NCBI GenBank assembly: GCA_963836205.1
Contig: CAWIIV010000014.1
Coordinates: forward strand, 192,001-256,000
Direction of reading: 5' to 3'
Source of the DNA: an uncultured Acidimicrobiia bacterium
GTDB taxonomy: Bacteria; Actinomycetota; Acidimicrobiia; Acidimicrobiales; AC-14
Length of the DNA stretch: 64,000 nt
The translations under genes were made by a program, and so were the position numbers. A model generated the notes under the pieces. That model made no database searches, was not told the origin of the DNA, and saw only the letters and a list, made by a program, of their open reading frames with translations. This document shows, one piece after another, positions 42,884 to 53,044 of this stretch (the stretch's first letter is position 1; every line of letters starts with the position of its first letter).

Positions 42884-42934
42884 GCTCGGCGCCTGTGACC
42901 TCGGCCCCTGTGACCGCGGGCGGCTGAACCGACC

Positions 42935-43986
42935 GTGAGAGCCCGGGCCCTGGCCCTGTGCCTCCTGGTCACCGTCGTCCCCGCGTGCTCGTCGTCGTCC
43001 GACGACGGCGACGCCGACTCTCCCTCTCCCTCGACCACCGCCCCGGCGGCGGCGGCCACGACACCTCGCCGTCGACGGCGGCAGTCGCCGATCCGGTGGT
43101 CACCGCCTACGCGGTGCCGGACGGCTCCCGCCCGCACGACGTGGCCCCCGCGCCCGACGGCGACGTCTGGTACACCGCCCAGGGCTCGGGCGAGCTGGGC
43201 CGGCTCGTCCCGGCCACAGGCGAGACGACCCACGTCGACCTGGGCTCGGGCTCGTCGCCCCACGGCGTGATCGTCGGCCCCGACGGGGCCCCGTGGATCA
43301 CCGACAGCGGGCTCAACGCCATCGTCCGGGTCGACCCCGCCACCTCCGCCGTCCGCCGCTTCCCCCTGCCCGCAGGGACACCCAACGTCAACCTCAACAC
43401 CGCCGTCTTTGCCCCCGACGGCATCCTGTGGTTCACCGGCCAGGCCGGCTTCCACGGGCGCCTCGACCCGACCGCGGCCACGGTCGAGGTCTTCCCCTCG
43501 CCCCGGGGCCGGGGCCCGTACGGGATCACGGTCACGCCCGGGGGCGACGTCTGGTACGCCTCCCTCGCCGGCAGCCACATCGCCCGGGTCGACCGAATGA
43601 CCGGTGCCGCCACCCCCGTCGACCCGCCGACCGACGGTCAGGGTGCCCGCCGGGTGTGGTCGGACTCCGCCGGCCGGATCTGGGTCAGCGAGTGGAACGC
43701 AGGCCAGGTGGCGCGCCACGACCCTGCCGACGGCTCGTGGAAGGAATGGAAGCTGCCCGGGGACGGGCCCCAGGCCTACGCCGTCTACGTCGACGACGAG
43801 GACGCCGTCTGGCTCAGCGATTTCGGGGCGAACACCCTCGTCCGCTTCGACCCGGCAACGGAGACGTTCCGGTCGTTCGACCTGCCCGCGGTGCCGTCCG
43901 ACGTCCGCCAGATCCTCGGGCGCCCGGGCGAGGTGTGGGGAGCGCAGTCGGCGGCCGACAGCCTGGTCGTCGTCCGCGGCACCTGA
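42935..43986 (+). CDS. Exported Vgb-lyase-like beta-propeller lipoprotein (frameshift near 43062)
   Basis: Signal/lipobox VPAC in one frame; repeated PHDV.P.PDG.VWYT propeller blades in the other. Confidence 0.82.
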
Positions 43987-44027
43987 GCCCGACCCACCCG
44001 ACTCTGGACACGCGTAGCGTGCTGCCC

Positions 44028-44456
44028 GTGTCCGACCCCTTCGCCGACCTCTTCCCCCGGCGGCGGGAACGGGAGCGTCCGCCTCGGGAGCGCCCGCCCC
44101 GCGACGGCTTCGTCGAGCACGCCCGCCAGGTGCTGCTGGCCCGGTGGGGCACGGCCCTGGGCACGCGCGCGGCCGACCTGCCCGGCAGCCAGGCCGAGTT
44201 CCCCCTGGTCTCGGGCAACGGCCGCATCGTGGGCGAGGTCGTGTGGCTGGAGGGGATGGAGTCGGCGGACTGGAAGACGGCCGCCCTCTCGGAGCACGTG
44301 TGGGTGATGAGCCACGTGGCCGCCGCCGATCGCCGTTTCCTCCTCGTGGGCCACGACCTCGACCTCGTCACCCGGTGGGTGGCCCGTCGCCGGGGCATGC
44401 TCGACGGCGTGGAGGTGTGGTCGCTCGACGGCGACCAGCTGGAGCGGCTGGCCTGA
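44028..44456 (+). CDS. Hypothetical protein (possibly a degenerate PD-(D/E)XK-like fold)
   Basis: High-GC3 ORF with globular composition: FPLVS..GRIVGEV, SEHVWVM, RRFLLVG. Confidence 0.6.
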   Translation: MSDPFADLFPRRRERERPPRERPPRDGFVEHARQVLLARWGTALGTRAADLPGSQAEFPLVSGNGRIVGEVVWLEGMESADWKTAALSEHVWVMSHVAAADRRFLLVGHDLDLVTRWVARRRGMLDGVEVWSLDGDQLERLA

Positions 44457-44484
44457 CCCGGTCCCGGCGCGCCCTGCACCGTCT

Positions 44485-44541
44485 GGGCGTCCTGATCCGT
44501 CGGGCGTCCTGATCCGTCGGGCGTCCTGATCCGTCGGGCGT
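44485..44541. repeat. 17-bp perfect tandem repeat (about 3.3 copies) between convergent genes
   Basis: gggcgtcctgatccgtc three times plus gggcgt. Confidence 0.9.
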
Positions 44542-44945
44542 TACGGCTGGCGGGCGTCGACCCCGTCGAGGAGGGCCCGCACCCGGCTGAGCAGCTCGCT
44601 CGGGCTGAAGGGCTTGACGATGTAGTCGTCGGCACCGGCGGCCAGGCCCCGGGCCAGCTCCGACTCCTGGGCCTTGGCCGTGAGCAGGATGATGGGGAGC
44701 CCGGCGGTGGCCGGCTCGGCCCGCAACGCCTCGCACACCTCGATCCCGCTCATCCTGGGCATGGTCCAGTCGAGGAGGACGAGGTCGGGGCGGACTCCGG
44801 GAGCGGTGGGCGAGCCGCCGTTGGCCGCCAGCAGCGCCGCCTCGCCGTCACCGGCACCGATGGTCTCGTAGCCGGCGAGGGACAGCTTCCACGTGATCAG
44901 CGTCCGGATGTCGGAATCGTCGTCGACCACGAGAACGGTCTTCAT
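44541..44945 (-). CDS. Single-domain response regulator receiver
   Basis: VLVVDDD, phosphoacceptor LLDWTMP, LLTA, YIVKPF; no output domain. Confidence 0.9.
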   Translation of the reverse strand: MKTVLVVDDDSDIRTLITWKLSLAGYETIGAGDGEAALLAANGGSPTAPGVRPDLVLLDWTMPRMSGIEVCEALRAEPATAGLPIILLTAKAQESELARGLAAGADDYIVKPFSPSELLSRVRALLDGVDARQP

Positions 44946-44987
44946 CACTTCTCCTATCGGCAGTGCCGGTGCGGTCCTGAAGGCCGG

Positions 44988-45302
44988 TCACCGACCGGGG
45001 CGGGAGGCGAGGTCGGGCGGCGCGTCGGGTCGGGGAAGGGCGGCGGAGAGCTCCCGGGCCAGGGCGGCGGCGCGTCGGGCGGCGAGGCGGATCTGGAGCA
45101 GGTCGCCGGCGACCTCGGCCGGGTGGTCGGGATACTGGAGGACGAGGTCGGTGTAGTTGAGGATCACGCCCAGGTAGTTGCTCAGCTCGTGGAGCACGGC
45201 CCGGGCATTGCTGACCACCCCGGCGTCGAGCACCGGCCGCGGCCCGGCCCCGCCCGGCCGGGTCGGCGGCGTCCGGTCGACCTGGACCTTGGGGGCCGGC
45301 AC
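44988..45302 (-). CDS. Small protein comprising only a histidine-kinase H-box/DHp-like hairpin
   Basis: VLHELSNYLGVILNYTDLV...DLLQIRLAARRAAALARELS resembles the HDxNNxL..I / AA.RAA.LT.QL DHp pattern; no ATPase domain. Confidence 0.6.
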   Translation of the reverse strand: MPAPKVQVDRTPPTRPGGAGPRPVLDAGVVSNARAVLHELSNYLGVILNYTDLVLQYPDHPAEVAGDLLQIRLAARRAAALARELSAALPRPDAPPDLASRPGR

Positions 45303-45388
45303 CAGGGGTCATCAGGCGCCGGCGGCGATGTGGGCGGCGCGGTCGTCGCCCGGGATGGGGAGCAGTTGACTGCCTGGGTCGGTGCCGG

Positions 45389-48300
45389 TCAGGAGCAGCC
45401 GCTGGTGGTGCCGCAGCTGGAGCACACGAAGCAGGCCCCGGCCCGCTGCATGACCATGCCGCACTGGTAGCAGTAGGGCGCGTCGGACGCCTGGGCCTGG
45501 GCGTCGAGGGCCGCCGGCACCGCCTTGGCGATGGCCACCGCCGCCTTGGCCACCGGGCCGACCGGGTCGGGGACGACCTCGGAGCCGATGGCGTTGGGCG
45601 TGGCCTGCTCCTCCACCCCCGGCAGCGTCGGCTGCATGCGCTCGTCGATGGTGAGGATGCCGAGGTCGACCCGCTCCTGGTGGGTGAGGTACTCCACCGC
45701 CAGCCGGCGGAAGATGTAGTCGACCAGTGAGCTGGCGAAGCGGATGTCGGGGTCGTCGGTCATGCCCGCCGGCTCGAAGCGCATGTTGGTGTACATGTCG
45801 ACGAACGCCTTGAGGGGCACGCCGTACTGGAGGCCGTGGCTGACGGAGATGGCGAAGGCGTCCATGATCCCGGCCAAGGTGGAGCCCTGCTTGGCCACCC
45901 GCAGGAAGATCTCTCCCGGACGGCCGTCGTCGTACTCCCCCACCGTCACGTAGCCGTGGCAGTCGGCCACCCGGAAGGAGAACGTCTTGGAGTGCCGCAT
46001 CCGGGGCAGGCGCTCCCGGTCGGGCGGCTGGTGCTGCTGGACGACCACCGTCTCGATGAGCTTGGCCGCGGCCTCGGCGATGGCCTTGTCGGTCTTGGTG
46101 CTGGAGAGGGGCTGGCCCACCTTGCAGTTGTCGCGGTAGATGGCAAGCGCCTTGATCCCCAGCCGCCACGACTCGATGTGGAGCTGCTCGACCTCGTCGA
46201 CCGTCATCGTCTCGGGGACGTTGACCGTGTTGTGGTTGACGATGCCGTTTCCGACGAACGCGTGGGTGGCGGGCACCGACAGGTCGAAGACCTCGCGGTC
46301 GGCCGCCCGCCCCACCGACTGGACCGGGCTGAAGTGGATGTCGTCGTCGAGCACGGTGCGCAGCCACGGCGGCAGAACGACACCGGGCACACGCGCCACC
46401 CGCTCCAACGATCGCCGGGTGACGTGACGGGTGCGGCTATCGCACAAGTAGCTGAACTCCGCCCGCACGCCATCAGTCGGCAACAGGCGGAAAAGTTCCT
46501 CGGGCGACACACCCGGCACCACATCGGCCGTGGCGCGATTGCCGAACACCAGGGTCGAAATGGCGGCCGCCCGCATGGCCTTCGTCCGGCTCGAGGAAGG
46601 GGACCAACTCGACCAGCCGCCGGGCGTGCTCACCGGTGGCGTAGACCTCATCGTAGGTCTTGCCGTTGATCTTGTTGCGCTTCGAGACGCGACCGTGGAC
46701 AACCCCCAGGTTGGTGAGGACGGCTTGGAGGTCGTGAAGCAGCGGCGCCGAGTCGAGGCAGATTCCCCACTTGGGGGCGGTGCCTACGGAGACGTAGCCG
46801 TCGAGGGCCAAGCCTTGGAGAAACGCCAGCACCATCTCCCGGGGCGACCGGAGAACGGCGTCCGGAATGCGCTTGGACGACGCCCGAGCGCCGCAGCCGA
46901 GGTACTCGAGGAACTCCACCACAGTCTTTGACGAGACCAGGACGCCGGGGCACTTGCCTGGCTGGCGCACGATCCTGGCTTCGAGGCCGAACTCGGACCG
47001 CCAGGCGGCGGCGACCCGCTCCAGGACCGCTTCGACCGAGTTGGTGATGGTGATGGTCCAGGTCGATCGGGTGGTGTGGCCCTCCGAGGCGTACGCGCCA
47101 AGGAGGAAGGACAACTCGGAGGTCATCTCCTGTGGCAGAACGACGTTCTTCTGGCTTCCGTGCCTCGCCGATGGGACGAAACCATCGAAGCGGGCCGCCA
47201 GCTGCGACCACAACTCGGAGCCGTACTGGACGGCTACGTAGTCGTCGAGTGCGATCTCGTCGAGCTGCCGCCACTCGAGGCCGGACTCGGCGGCCACCAG
47301 GAGGCGGTGGTTGGGCGTGCCGACCACTCGGTGTCCAGATCGCAGTTCGGCCTGCCACACGGGGCGGACACCGCCGTAGTAGAAGGCGTCGGTCTTCTGG
47401 GTGCCGTCGAGCGAGGCCACCTCGATGATCTCGTGACGGAAGGTATCGGGGGCCTCCCCGTCGTGGAGGGTGCCGATGCGCACCAGCCCGTCGGTGGTGG
47501 TGACGAGTGTGTCGGCCGACACGCATTTGGAGATGGCCCCCGAGATCCACGGCTGGACGGCCGCCATCATCCGCACATGGCCGAGGTAGTGGATGACGTT
47601 GTCGCCCATCGAGCAGGCGAAGACGCCCAGGTGGTCGGCCGACAGGTGGGGCGCGCCGAGGATCGACTTCTGCTCGTCGATGTAGGCCAGGATGTCGTTG
47701 ACCTGGCCGGGGCCGTAGCCCAGGCGCCGCAGGGCCCGGGGGACGGTCTGGTTGACGATCGACATCGTGCCCCCGCCGACCAGCTTCTTGGTCTTGCACA
47801 GGCCGAGGTCGGGCTCGATGCCGGTGGTGTCGCAATCCATCATCAGGCCAATCGTTCCAGTGGGGGCCAGAACGCTGGCCTGTGAATTGCGGACTCCGTA
47901 GACCTCGGCCAGCCCGACGGCGTCGTCCCAGGCGTCGCGGGCCGCGGCCAGCACCGGGCTGGGGGCGAGGGAGGTGTCGATGACGCTGATCTCATCGCGG
48001 TGCATCTCGAGGACCCGGTTCATCGGCTCCTTGTTCTGGGCGTAGCCCGCGAAGGGGCCCATGCGGGCCGCGGTGCGGGCCGAGGTGGCGTAGGCCTCCC
48101 CCGTCATGAGGGCGGTGATGGCGCCGGCCCACGCCCGCCCGGCCTCGGAGTCGTAGGCCACGCCGAGGGCCATGAGCAGGGCGCCCAGGTTGGCGTAGCC
48201 GAGGCCGAGCTGGCGGAAGCGGCGGGACGTGTCGGCGATGCGCTCGGTGGGGTAGTCGGCGTTGCCCACCAGGATCTCCTGGGCGGTGAACACGACCCGC

Positions 48301-50543
48301 ACCGCGGCCCGGAACCCCTCGACGTCGAAGCTGCCGTCGTCGTTCAGGAACCGGAGCAGGTTGAGGCTGGCCAGGTTGCACGCCGAGTTGTCGAGGTGCA
48401 TGTACTCCGAGCAGGGGTTGGACCCGTTGATGCGGCCGGTGTTGGAGGCGGTGTGCCACTTGTTGATGGTGGTGTCGAACTGCATGCCCGGGTCGGCGCA
48501 CTCCCAGGCCGCCTCCGCGATCTGGCGGAAGAGGTCGCGGGCCTTGATGGTGCGGATGGGCTCGCCGGTGGTGACGGCCCGCAGGTGCCAGTCGGCGTCG
48601 TCGACGACGGCCTGCATGAACTCGTCGGTGACGCGAACCGAGTTGTTGGCGTTCTGGTACTGGGTGGAGTGGCTGTCCTTGCCGTCGAGGTCCATGTCGA
48701 ACCCGTTGTCGCGCAAGACCCGGGCCTTGCGCTCCTCGACCGCCTTGCACCAGATGAAGTCCTCGACGTCGGGGTGGTCGGCGTTGAGGATGACCATCTT
48801 GGCCGCCCGCCGGGTCTTGCCGCCCGACTTGATAGTGCCGGCCGAAGCGTCGGCGCCCCGCATGAAGCTCACCGGCCCGGACGCGGTGCCGCCGCCCTTG
48901 AGGTGCTCGTAGGACGACCGGATGTTGGACAGGTTGACGCCCGACCCCGACCCGCCCTGGAAGATGATCCCTTCCTCCGTGTACCAGTTGAGGATCGACC
49001 GCATCGTGTCCTCGACAGCGAGGATGAAGCAGTTGTGGACCCGGACGTTGCCGCTCAGGTACTCGCCGCTCTCGGTCTGGATGTCGTAGACCTCGGTCTC
49101 CCCGATCTCCTCGATCCGCTCGATCTCGAGCCGCTTGGCGGGAAGGGCCGCCAGGCCGGGCAGCTCCAGGCTGGCCTCGAGCTTGGCCGCCTTGGACGGG
49201 TCGACGAACCCGATCTCGTCGGCGAAGCGGCGGCGGTCGCCGGCGGTGCGGATGCTCAGGACGAGGCAGCCCTTGCGGTCGGCTCGGCGGTCGGCCGCGA
49301 ACCGCACCCGGGAGAAGATCCCGAAGCGCAGGAGCAGCGCCTGGATTCCCCGCACCAGCGACTGGGAGATCATGGCCAGCCCGACCACCGCGCTCGGCGG
49401 ACGGACCGACACATAGCCCTCGGCCTGGAAGAGGCTGCGGAGGTAGGCGGCCACGACGGGCAGGGGGGCGGTGAAGAGGTGCTCGGGGACGGTCATGTCG
49501 ACGCCGCGGGTCATGAGGTCCCAGCGCCCGACGAAGTCGGCCAGGGGCGCGCCGTAGAGGCGGGTGCGCCGGCAGTCGAGGCTGGGGTCGGCGGTGACCA
49601 CGGTGCGTTCGTGGCGGTGAACGTCCGGGAAGACCGTGTCGATGGCTTCGAGCACCCAGGCCTTCTCGGCCGGGGTGACGGTCATCGCTTCGATGGTGAG
49701 CGAGCGGTTGGTGCCCTCGTACTTCCCGACGAACCCGTCGCCCTGCAACCAGCCGGCCAGCGCCGCCTCCGCCACTGCCTGCCTGGAGATCTCGCCCTCG
49801 CCGAACGACTCAGTGCGGTGCCACTCCAGCTGATCGCCGGCCCGCAGCTCGCCCGCGGGCACGAACCGACCGGACGCATCACCGCTCGACCGCCAGACGA
49901 GGTGGTCGGCGGTGACGTCGAGCCGGTAGCCGGCCTTGGTGTGGATGCGCAGCACCGGCTTGCGGCCGTTGGCCTTGACCGCCACCACCTGGGTTAGGCC
50001 GTGGGCGTCGAACACCTTGGCACCGATGGCTCCCTGTTCGACCAACCGGCCGATCGGGACCAAACCCTCGGGAGTGGACACGAGGGCGTCGTAGGGCTGG
50101 CAGGCACTGGCCTGCTGCGGCGCGCCCATGACGCCGATGTTGAACCACACCGGGGAGTTGAAGGCGGCCCGCTGGTGGAGCAGGAGGGTGGTGAGCTCGT
50201 CGCGGAAGGCGTCGGCCTCGGTGGTGTCGACGAAGTAGCCGTCGCGCCGGCCCCAGGCGGTGACGGTGGACACCACCCGGTTGATCACCTGCTTCAGCGA
50301 CCACTCCCGCTCGGGGGTGCCGAGGGTGCCCCGGAAGTACTTCTGGGCCACGATGTTGGTGGCGTTCTGCGACCACCCCACCGGGAACTCGACGCCCAAC
50401 TGCTCGAAGGCGACGGTGCCGTCGCGGTAGTTGGTGATCCGGGCGTCTCGCCGCTCCCAGGTGACCTCGTCGTAGGGGTCGATCCCCTCGGTCGAGAAAT
50501 GCCGACGAATGCCGATGCCGGTCTGCTCGGGAGCGAGAGCCAT
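45389..50543 (-). CDS. nrdJ: Vitamin B12-dependent (class II) ribonucleotide reductase with two inteins; frameshift near 46583
   Basis: FNSPVWFN, SAC(FIL), TRRAAKM, thiyl Cys SNPCSEY, LAPTGTI, ISK(TVN), YRDNCK, TSCPD-like domain, C-terminal CxxC...CxxC; no ATP cone. Confidence 0.95.
46229..47525 (-). mobile_element. Intein 2 in nrdJ with LAGLIDADG homing endonuclease (about 432 aa)
   Basis: Inserted at GAISK|TVNVP; begins CVSADT, block B GTPNHR, LAGLIDADG-like LLGAYASEG and FLQGLALDG, ends GIVNHN before Thr+1; one extra base. Confidence 0.92.
49032..50102 (-). mobile_element. Intein 1 in nrdJ with LAGLIDADG homing endonuclease (357 aa)
   Basis: Inserted at QASA|CFIL; begins CQPYDA, block B VTADHL, LAGWLQGDG and YLRSLFQAEG, block F VYDIQT, ends VRVHN before Cys+1. 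Confidence 0.94.
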
Positions 50544-50630
50544 ACGGAGTTCCTCCTGTTTCAGCGGCCGGCCGCCAGGCCGCCCCACCACGAAGTTGTG
50601 TCTCAGGGGAAGTGAGTCACTACCACTACA

Positions 50631-50677
50631 ACCACTACATGTCGCGTCTCGACACAGGCGAGCCACAAGATGTGCCC
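50631..50677. promoter_or_regulatory. Tandem NrdR boxes upstream of nrdJ
   Basis: accactacatgtcgcg (50631) and gccacaagatgtgccc (50662) resemble acaCwAtATaTwGtg, offset by 31 bp. Confidence 0.7.
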
Positions 50678-50680
50678 ATA

Positions 50681-50710
50681 ATACTACGTTCGTAATTCCA
50701 CTCGTGTCAA
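50681..50710 (-). promoter_or_regulatory. Housekeeping sigma promoter of nrdJ
   Basis: Minus strand TTGACA-18 bp-TAGTAT immediately upstream of the NrdR boxes. Confidence 0.65.
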
Positions 50711-50745
50711 CGATATGCCGACGCCGACCACCCTCGCGCCGCGGT

Positions 50746-50802
50746 CCTGTGGATCGCTAGGGCAACAGTCCTGTGGTCGGCCTGTGGTCAGCCTGTGGAT
50801 TT
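50746..50802. promoter_or_regulatory. CCTGTGG(A/T) repeats, DnaA-box-like, three phased at 11 bp
   Basis: Copies start at 50746, 50770, 50781 and 50792; similar to TGTGGATAA. Confidence 0.5.
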
Positions 50803-51314
50803 CAGGAAGGGGGTGCGGCCGGGTCGGTGCCGGCCACGTCGGGGACGGAGCCAGGGCTGGGCGGACCGGCCTCGGTGAGCAGGCCCAGCTCCCGCTGGAA
50901 GTCGCCCGGATCCTCGAAGACCTTGTAGACGCTGGCAAAGCGCAGGTAGGCGACCTCGTCGAGCCGGCGGAGGCGGTCGAGCACCAGGCGGCCGACCTCG
51001 GCGCTGGTGACCTCCGACCCCCGGAGCCGGGCCTGCTCCTCGATCTCGACTGCCACCGCCTCCAGCTGTTCGTCGCCCACGGGCCGGTTCTTGGCCGCCG
51101 CCCGCATGCCTGCCACCACCTTCGACCGGGAGAAGGGCTGGGCCGACCCCGACCGCTTGCGTACGACGAGGGGCGCCTCCTCCAGCCGCTCGAACGTGGT
51201 GAAACGGCGACCGCAGGCCAGGCATTCCCGCCGGCGGCGGATGGCGGCTCCGTCGTCGGCCTGCCGGGAGTCGATGACACGGTCGTCGAGATGGGCGCAA
51301 CCGGGGCACCGCAC
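50802..51314 (-). CDS. nrdR: Transcriptional repressor NrdR
   Basis: RCPGC...VIDSR...IRRRRECLAC.RRFTTFE, ATP cone, DEVAYLRFASVY. Confidence 0.97.
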   Translation of the reverse strand: MRCPGCAHLDDRVIDSRQADDGAAIRRRRECLACGRRFTTFERLEEAPLVVRKRSGSAQPFSRSKVVAGMRAAAKNRPVGDEQLEAVAVEIEEQARLRGSEVTSAEVGRLVLDRLRRLDEVAYLRFASVYKVFEDPGDFQRELGLLTEAGPPSPGSVPDVAGTDPAAPPS

Positions 51315-51393
51315 GAACTCCGACGCTACCCGCCATGGGCGCGATCGGCCGCCGCCGTTGTTTGCCGCCGGTGCCTCGGGGTAGTTCGCGGCG

Positions 51394-52308
51394 ATGGCCC
51401 AGACCACGCCGCGCGGCCACGCCCGGGAGGGCCGCGGCGAGGACACATCGGCGGCGGCGGCGGCCGATGGTGAGCAGAGCGGGTCGGTCGCCGAACGCAA
51501 GGTGGAGGACGCCTTCCTGCGATCGGTGGACGAGGGCCGCCGGCGGATGTGGCGGCCGACTCTGCCCCTGCTCGCCACCGGCCTGGTGGGCGGGATCGAC
51601 GTGGGGACGGGCGTGCTGGCCCTGCTGTTGGTGGAGGAGGCCACCCACAGCAAACTCCTGGCGGGGGTGGCCTTCTCGGTGGGCTTCATCGCCCTCACGC
51701 TGGCCCGCAGCGAGCTGTTCACCGAGAACTTCCTGGTGCCGGTGACCACGGTGATCGCCCGCCAGGCCCGGTTGCGCATGCTGTTGCGGCTGTGGGCGGG
51801 GACGCTGGTGGCCAACCTGGCCGGCGGCTGGATCTTCACCTGGCTCATCCTGCGCGGCTACCCGCAGATGGCGGCCACTGCCAACGATGCCGGCGGCTAC
51901 TACGTCGACCTCGGCATCGGCGTGCGGTCGATGGCCCTGGCCGTGATCGGCGGGACGGTGATCACCCTCATGACGTGGATGCAGCAGGGCACCGACTCCC
52001 CCGCGGTGAAGGTGATCCCGGCCATCACCGGTGCCTTCCTGCTGGCCGGGGGCCAGCTCAACCACGCCATCGTGAACTCGCTGCTGATGTTCTCGGCCCT
52101 CCACACCGGCCATGCCCCGTTCGGCTACGTGGACTGGGTGCAGACCGCGGGCTGGGCCGCCCTCGGCAACCTGGTGGGCGGCATCGGCCTGGTGACGGTG
52201 CTGCGCCTGTTCCAGGTGCCGGACAAGGTGCGCAAGGAGCGGCGTCATCCGGCGCCCGGCGTGCCGGTGCGTGACACCCGCCAAGTCGAACCGGCGACCG
52301 AGCCCTGA
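51394..52308 (+). CDS. Formate/nitrite transporter family protein
   Basis: SELFTENF, NLAGG, LNHAIVNS, GNLVGG; six TM helices. Confidence 0.88.
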   Translation: MAQTTPRGHAREGRGEDTSAAAAADGEQSGSVAERKVEDAFLRSVDEGRRRMWRPTLPLLATGLVGGIDVGTGVLALLLVEEATHSKLLAGVAFSVGFIALTLARSELFTENFLVPVTTVIARQARLRMLLRLWAGTLVANLAGGWIFTWLILRGYPQMAATANDAGGYYVDLGIGVRSMALAVIGGTVITLMTWMQQGTDSPAVKVIPAITGAFLLAGGQLNHAIVNSLLMFSALHTGHAPFGYVDWVQTAGWAALGNLVGGIGLVTVLRLFQVPDKVRKERRHPAPGVPVRDTRQVEPATEP

Positions 52309-52310
52309 CC

Positions 52311-52359
52311 TTCCTGGGTCGGAAAAGGGGCGCCAGACGCACCTTTTCATGCCCAGGAA
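52311..52359. repeat. Palindromic element family B, copy 1
   Basis: ttcctgggtcggaaaaggggcgccagacgcaccttttcatgcccaggaa; similar to 53720-53768. Confidence 0.75.
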
Positions 52360-52370
52360 CCGTGGGCGGT

Positions 52371-52862
52371 CTAGTCGACGGTTGGGAGTTGGATCTGCTC
52401 GCCCACGACCAGCGACGGGCCGCCGTGCTCCGCGACCATGCGGTCGACAAGGGGCCGGGGATCGCCGGCGGGATCGATGCTGCGGGCGAGGGCCCAGAAG
52501 GTGTCGCCCGGCTGGACCTCGTAGACCTGGCCGGCGACGACGGGAAGCGGGCGCTCGGGGGCGGTGAGGGAGCCGCCCCCGAGCGCACCCAGCACGACGG
52601 AGGCGACCGCCGAGAGAGCGGCAACCGCGCCGGCAGCCAGGGCCTGCCGCCGGCGATAGGTGCTGGGGGAAACGGAACCGCGGGTTGCGGCTCGGGCTGC
52701 GGGCCTCGCCACCCGACGGGCGGACGGCCGCTCGAAGGCGGGGGAAGCGGCCGGCCGGGCCCGGCGAGGGGCGAACGTCACCGAGACGACCTCGACGGTT
52801 GACATCTGCCGGGCGGACATCTGCCGGGGGACCGACCGGGGCCGGTGCTGGACCGCAACCAT
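52371..52862 (-). CDS. Membrane-anchored LysM protein (YneA/ChiZ-like SOS division inhibitor candidate)
   Basis: YRRRQ + TM helix + LysM YEVQPGDTFWALA..DPR; divergent from lexA; AGGAAAGG RBS. Confidence 0.85.
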   Translation of the reverse strand: MVAVQHRPRSVPRQMSARQMSTVEVVSVTFAPRRARPAASPAFERPSARRVARPAARAATRGSVSPSTYRRRQALAAGAVAALSAVASVVLGALGGGSLTAPERPLPVVAGQVYEVQPGDTFWALARSIDPAGDPRPLVDRMVAEHGGPSLVVGEQIQLPTVD

Positions 52863-52879
52863 GGACTGACCTTTCCTGA

Positions 52880-52998
52880 CGAACGTACGTTCGGACCTGG
52901 CCAGTAGACCACGAACGCCTGTTCCCCGTCAAGGTCCGCCGAACAGATGTTTGTACTCGGACGCGGCCCCTGGTACAGTCCAGACGAACGCACGTTCG
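52880..52998. promoter_or_regulatory. Four LexA (SOS) boxes
   Basis: CGAAC-N4-GTTCG matches at 52880 and 52985 (perfect), 52912 and 52940 (one mismatch). Confidence 0.88.
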
Positions 52999-53044
52999 TA
53001 GGCCGCCCATGTTTCGTAGGCAACCCGTCAGGAAGGAGTCCGTT

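Noticed and set aside
44485-44541. Possible CRISPR or iteron array
   Set aside because: Head-to-tail 17-bp repeat with no spacers and no rep or cas gene nearby
46570-46600. Programmed ribosomal frameshift within intein 2
   Set aside because: No X XXY YYZ slippery heptamer, and similar indels occur throughout the window
50544-50800. Cobalamin riboswitch upstream of B12-dependent nrdJ
   Set aside because: No B12-box motifs seen; the spacer is explained by the promoter, NrdR boxes and CCTGTGG repeats
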